Assembly (NCBI GenBank): GCA_002269645.1
Contig: NIVC01000778.1
Coordinates: 380,235 to 444,234 of the forward strand
Direction of reading: 5' to 3'
DNA from: Macrostomum lignano
Lineage: Eukaryota
DNA: 64,000 bases
The position numbers were made by a program, and so were the translations under genes. The notes beneath the pieces were generated by a model, which was given only the letters and a program-made list of their open reading frames with translations, searched no databases and was not told where the DNA came from. Shown here one piece after another: positions 62,101 to 64,000 of this stretch; the first letter of the stretch is position 1, and each line of letters opens with the position of its first letter.

Positions 62101-64000
62101 ACATAAAAATACAAGAGGCACCTAATACTCATGACTGCGCCTGTTGTCCATGCGAATGCTGCGGCCTTTGAACAGTTTTGTCCACTGTAAATCCACCCAT
62201 CTCAGGCGACAGTCTGCGGTACAGTGGGTAGCCAGTATCGCTGGTCAGCGTCACCTGCTGGAACTCCTTCGGAAAGCCCTTGCTGCATTCGCCATTCTCC
62301 ATGCACGGGCAGCGCTGGGTTTCCTTGCCACAAGGGCCATGGATCATGTGCGTTTTCACAGCTCATACAGCACAGGCTGCTGCTGTGGGTCCGGAATCTC
62401 GGCAGACACGATGTCATCGTATCGGTCCGGAGTCACCCGCTGGCCACTCGCTAGCCACAGCAGAAAGTGCACATGGGGAGACCTAAATTATCAAGAAAGT
62501 ATCAAGACATCTTTCAGTCCAATTATCCGATCTGTATCGAATTTGCATCACACAAACCCACCTGTATTTAGTATCTTTATAACGATATAACTATATAAAT
62601 TTCATAAAACATAATACTGAGACTTGTACTCACCACGCTTTTGGTACTCTAGCGAGCAGACGTGCGCAGCTCTTTCCCATAGCGCTTCGTTAGCTGGGGC
62701 CAGCAGAGCTTTCTTCTTCATTTCAAAGACTCGGCTAACAATGTCCGGTCGGTGTTCAGCCCGCTGTCCGGCCAGCAGCTGGGCGCTGATCTCCGGCCAA
62801 TTCGGATTGCATGTTTGCCGTGACAAACAGGTCCGGCTTACCAAAGCTTGTGAACATAGGTCATAGCGTCCTGCAGCCTCTCCATCAGGTACCTTGGCCC
62901 GCCAACGAAGCTTGAGGACAGAAGCACATGTGCGGGCTTGCCTATGTCACTCGGATCTCTGTCCGTAGATCTGCCATCAGCTGCAAACAGAGCGTCCCGC
63001 AGACCGCTGTACGTCTCGCTGCGCAGGTCCTGCTGATGGGTCCGCAAATACAGCAGCCTCTCTGCCTCAATCTTGCACACATGTCCACCAGGTACTGCTG
63101 AACAACCTTCGGCCATAGTGCAGCACACTGAACTGGCCCGCTCGCACCATGATTTCGCTTGCATAGTATTTTCATGGGGTCAGTTTCTTGTCATTACTCA
63201 TCCGCAACTCCGGGTGCCAGCCATCTTCGCCATTCGGGAACAGCAGCACATACTCCAGCGGGTCATATGAGCGGTGCGTCTCACTGATTCGCTGAGAACC
63301 GCCCCCACGCAGTTGAATCACGACGTCCCGACTGGCCGGTGCGTCCTCATTGTCCTCAACGATCAGGATACCGACCTCATTTGCCGTAGGCAAGTTGTAG
63401 CGCCTGATTTTAAACGGAGTTTGTGGGACACAAATTCTGTACAAATTGAATCACGTACTTATTACGCATTTTGCGAGTTCGAGTTACAATCAAAATTCAT
63501 AACTCATTTTGATTTCGCTTTCGTTTACATTTTTAAATTTCGTTATAACAAACACGACTAACTTACCGAATGTGTTCCCCAGATGGTCGACGGTCAGGGT
63601 GAATCACAATTCGCGCATCTCCCAGCTCTGGGTCTTGGCTAATTCGCTCAGCAGCAGCCTTCAGGCTGCGGACATAGCCGTTGCACTCGTGAAGCAGCGT
63701 CTGCAGCAGCTCCAGTAGTCCGGCTTTACCTTTGGCTGAGACTCTGGCGGCTTTCGAGTTCGCGATCATTGAAATACACCTGCCATCCCTGAGCTTCAGC
63801 AGAATCTCTGCAAACAGCGGCGCCGTGCGGTGATGCATCTGGCCGCTGATGATGAAGCTAGGACACCAGCCTGGCACCAACCGCAGTTTGGCACCCAGCG
63901 ATGTCAGGTGCAGCGCCGAGTTGTAGCTCTGATGTTGGCCAGGAACGCGGCACTCAATCTGTGCCGCCCCATGTACAGATCCGCCAGCACTTGAGGCACG
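59198..64000 (-). CDS. Helitron RepHel (HUH endonuclease plus PIF1-type SF1B helicase), partial, spliced, with frameshifts
   Basis: Exons about 63567->64000, 62634-63436, ~62130-62482, 61751-62061, 60629-61647, 60122-60518, 59198-59962. Motifs EYQKRG|LPHVHFLLW (HUH), WVVPYSP, KYVIKYLLKG, DAPAGTGKT, IVWDEISM, GDFRQLLPV, QFPVKPSFCLTIHKSQGQSL, HGQLYTALSR. Confidence 0.95.

Larger units (their letters stand above)
51613..64000 (-). mobile_element. Large autonomous-type Helitron (5' part beyond the window) with RepHel, RPA70-like and zinc-knuckle genes
   Basis: RepHel at 59198-64000. The 3' hairpin (GGCTCCCCAACGGGGGGC) plus CTAG is at 51613-51642. No terminus is seen between RepHel and 51613. A duplicated block follows both RepHel and the RPA-like gene. 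Confidence 0.72.

Overview
This is a eukaryotic (animal) genomic window with spliceosomal introns, GC-rich exons and very dense private minisatellites. The style suggests a free-living flatworm such as Macrostomum, but that is inference only. Host genes: an intronless C2H2 zinc-finger gene (+, 1844-3481), a multi-exon still life/Tiam-family Rac-GEF homolog (-, 4763-18947; EVH1-PH-CC-Ex-PDZ-DH-PH), tRNA-Gly(TCC), a GPR155/LYCHOS homolog (-, 25587-34589) and MRPS33 (-, 35210-35533). The right half is a transposon stack: hAT elements and MITEs with 8-bp TSDs, a mariner remnant, a Merlin deletion derivative, a 5-kb almost CpG-free decayed segment, a non-autonomous Helitron carrying a 24-bp satellite, and a large Helitron that runs off the right edge. 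Between its RepHel gene and its 3' hairpin-CTAG end, that Helitron appears to carry an RPA70-like two-OB-fold gene. Divergent from it lies a small spliced gene, missed by the ORF track, encoding an RGG box, a CCHC zinc knuckle and polyQ. Other notable points: the GEF has lost three catalytic DH residues and its RBD, and a 45-bp repeat multiplies a splice acceptor plus a donor. All homology calls come from motif recognition by eye; no database searches were run. Scattered frameshifts could be long-read indel errors.
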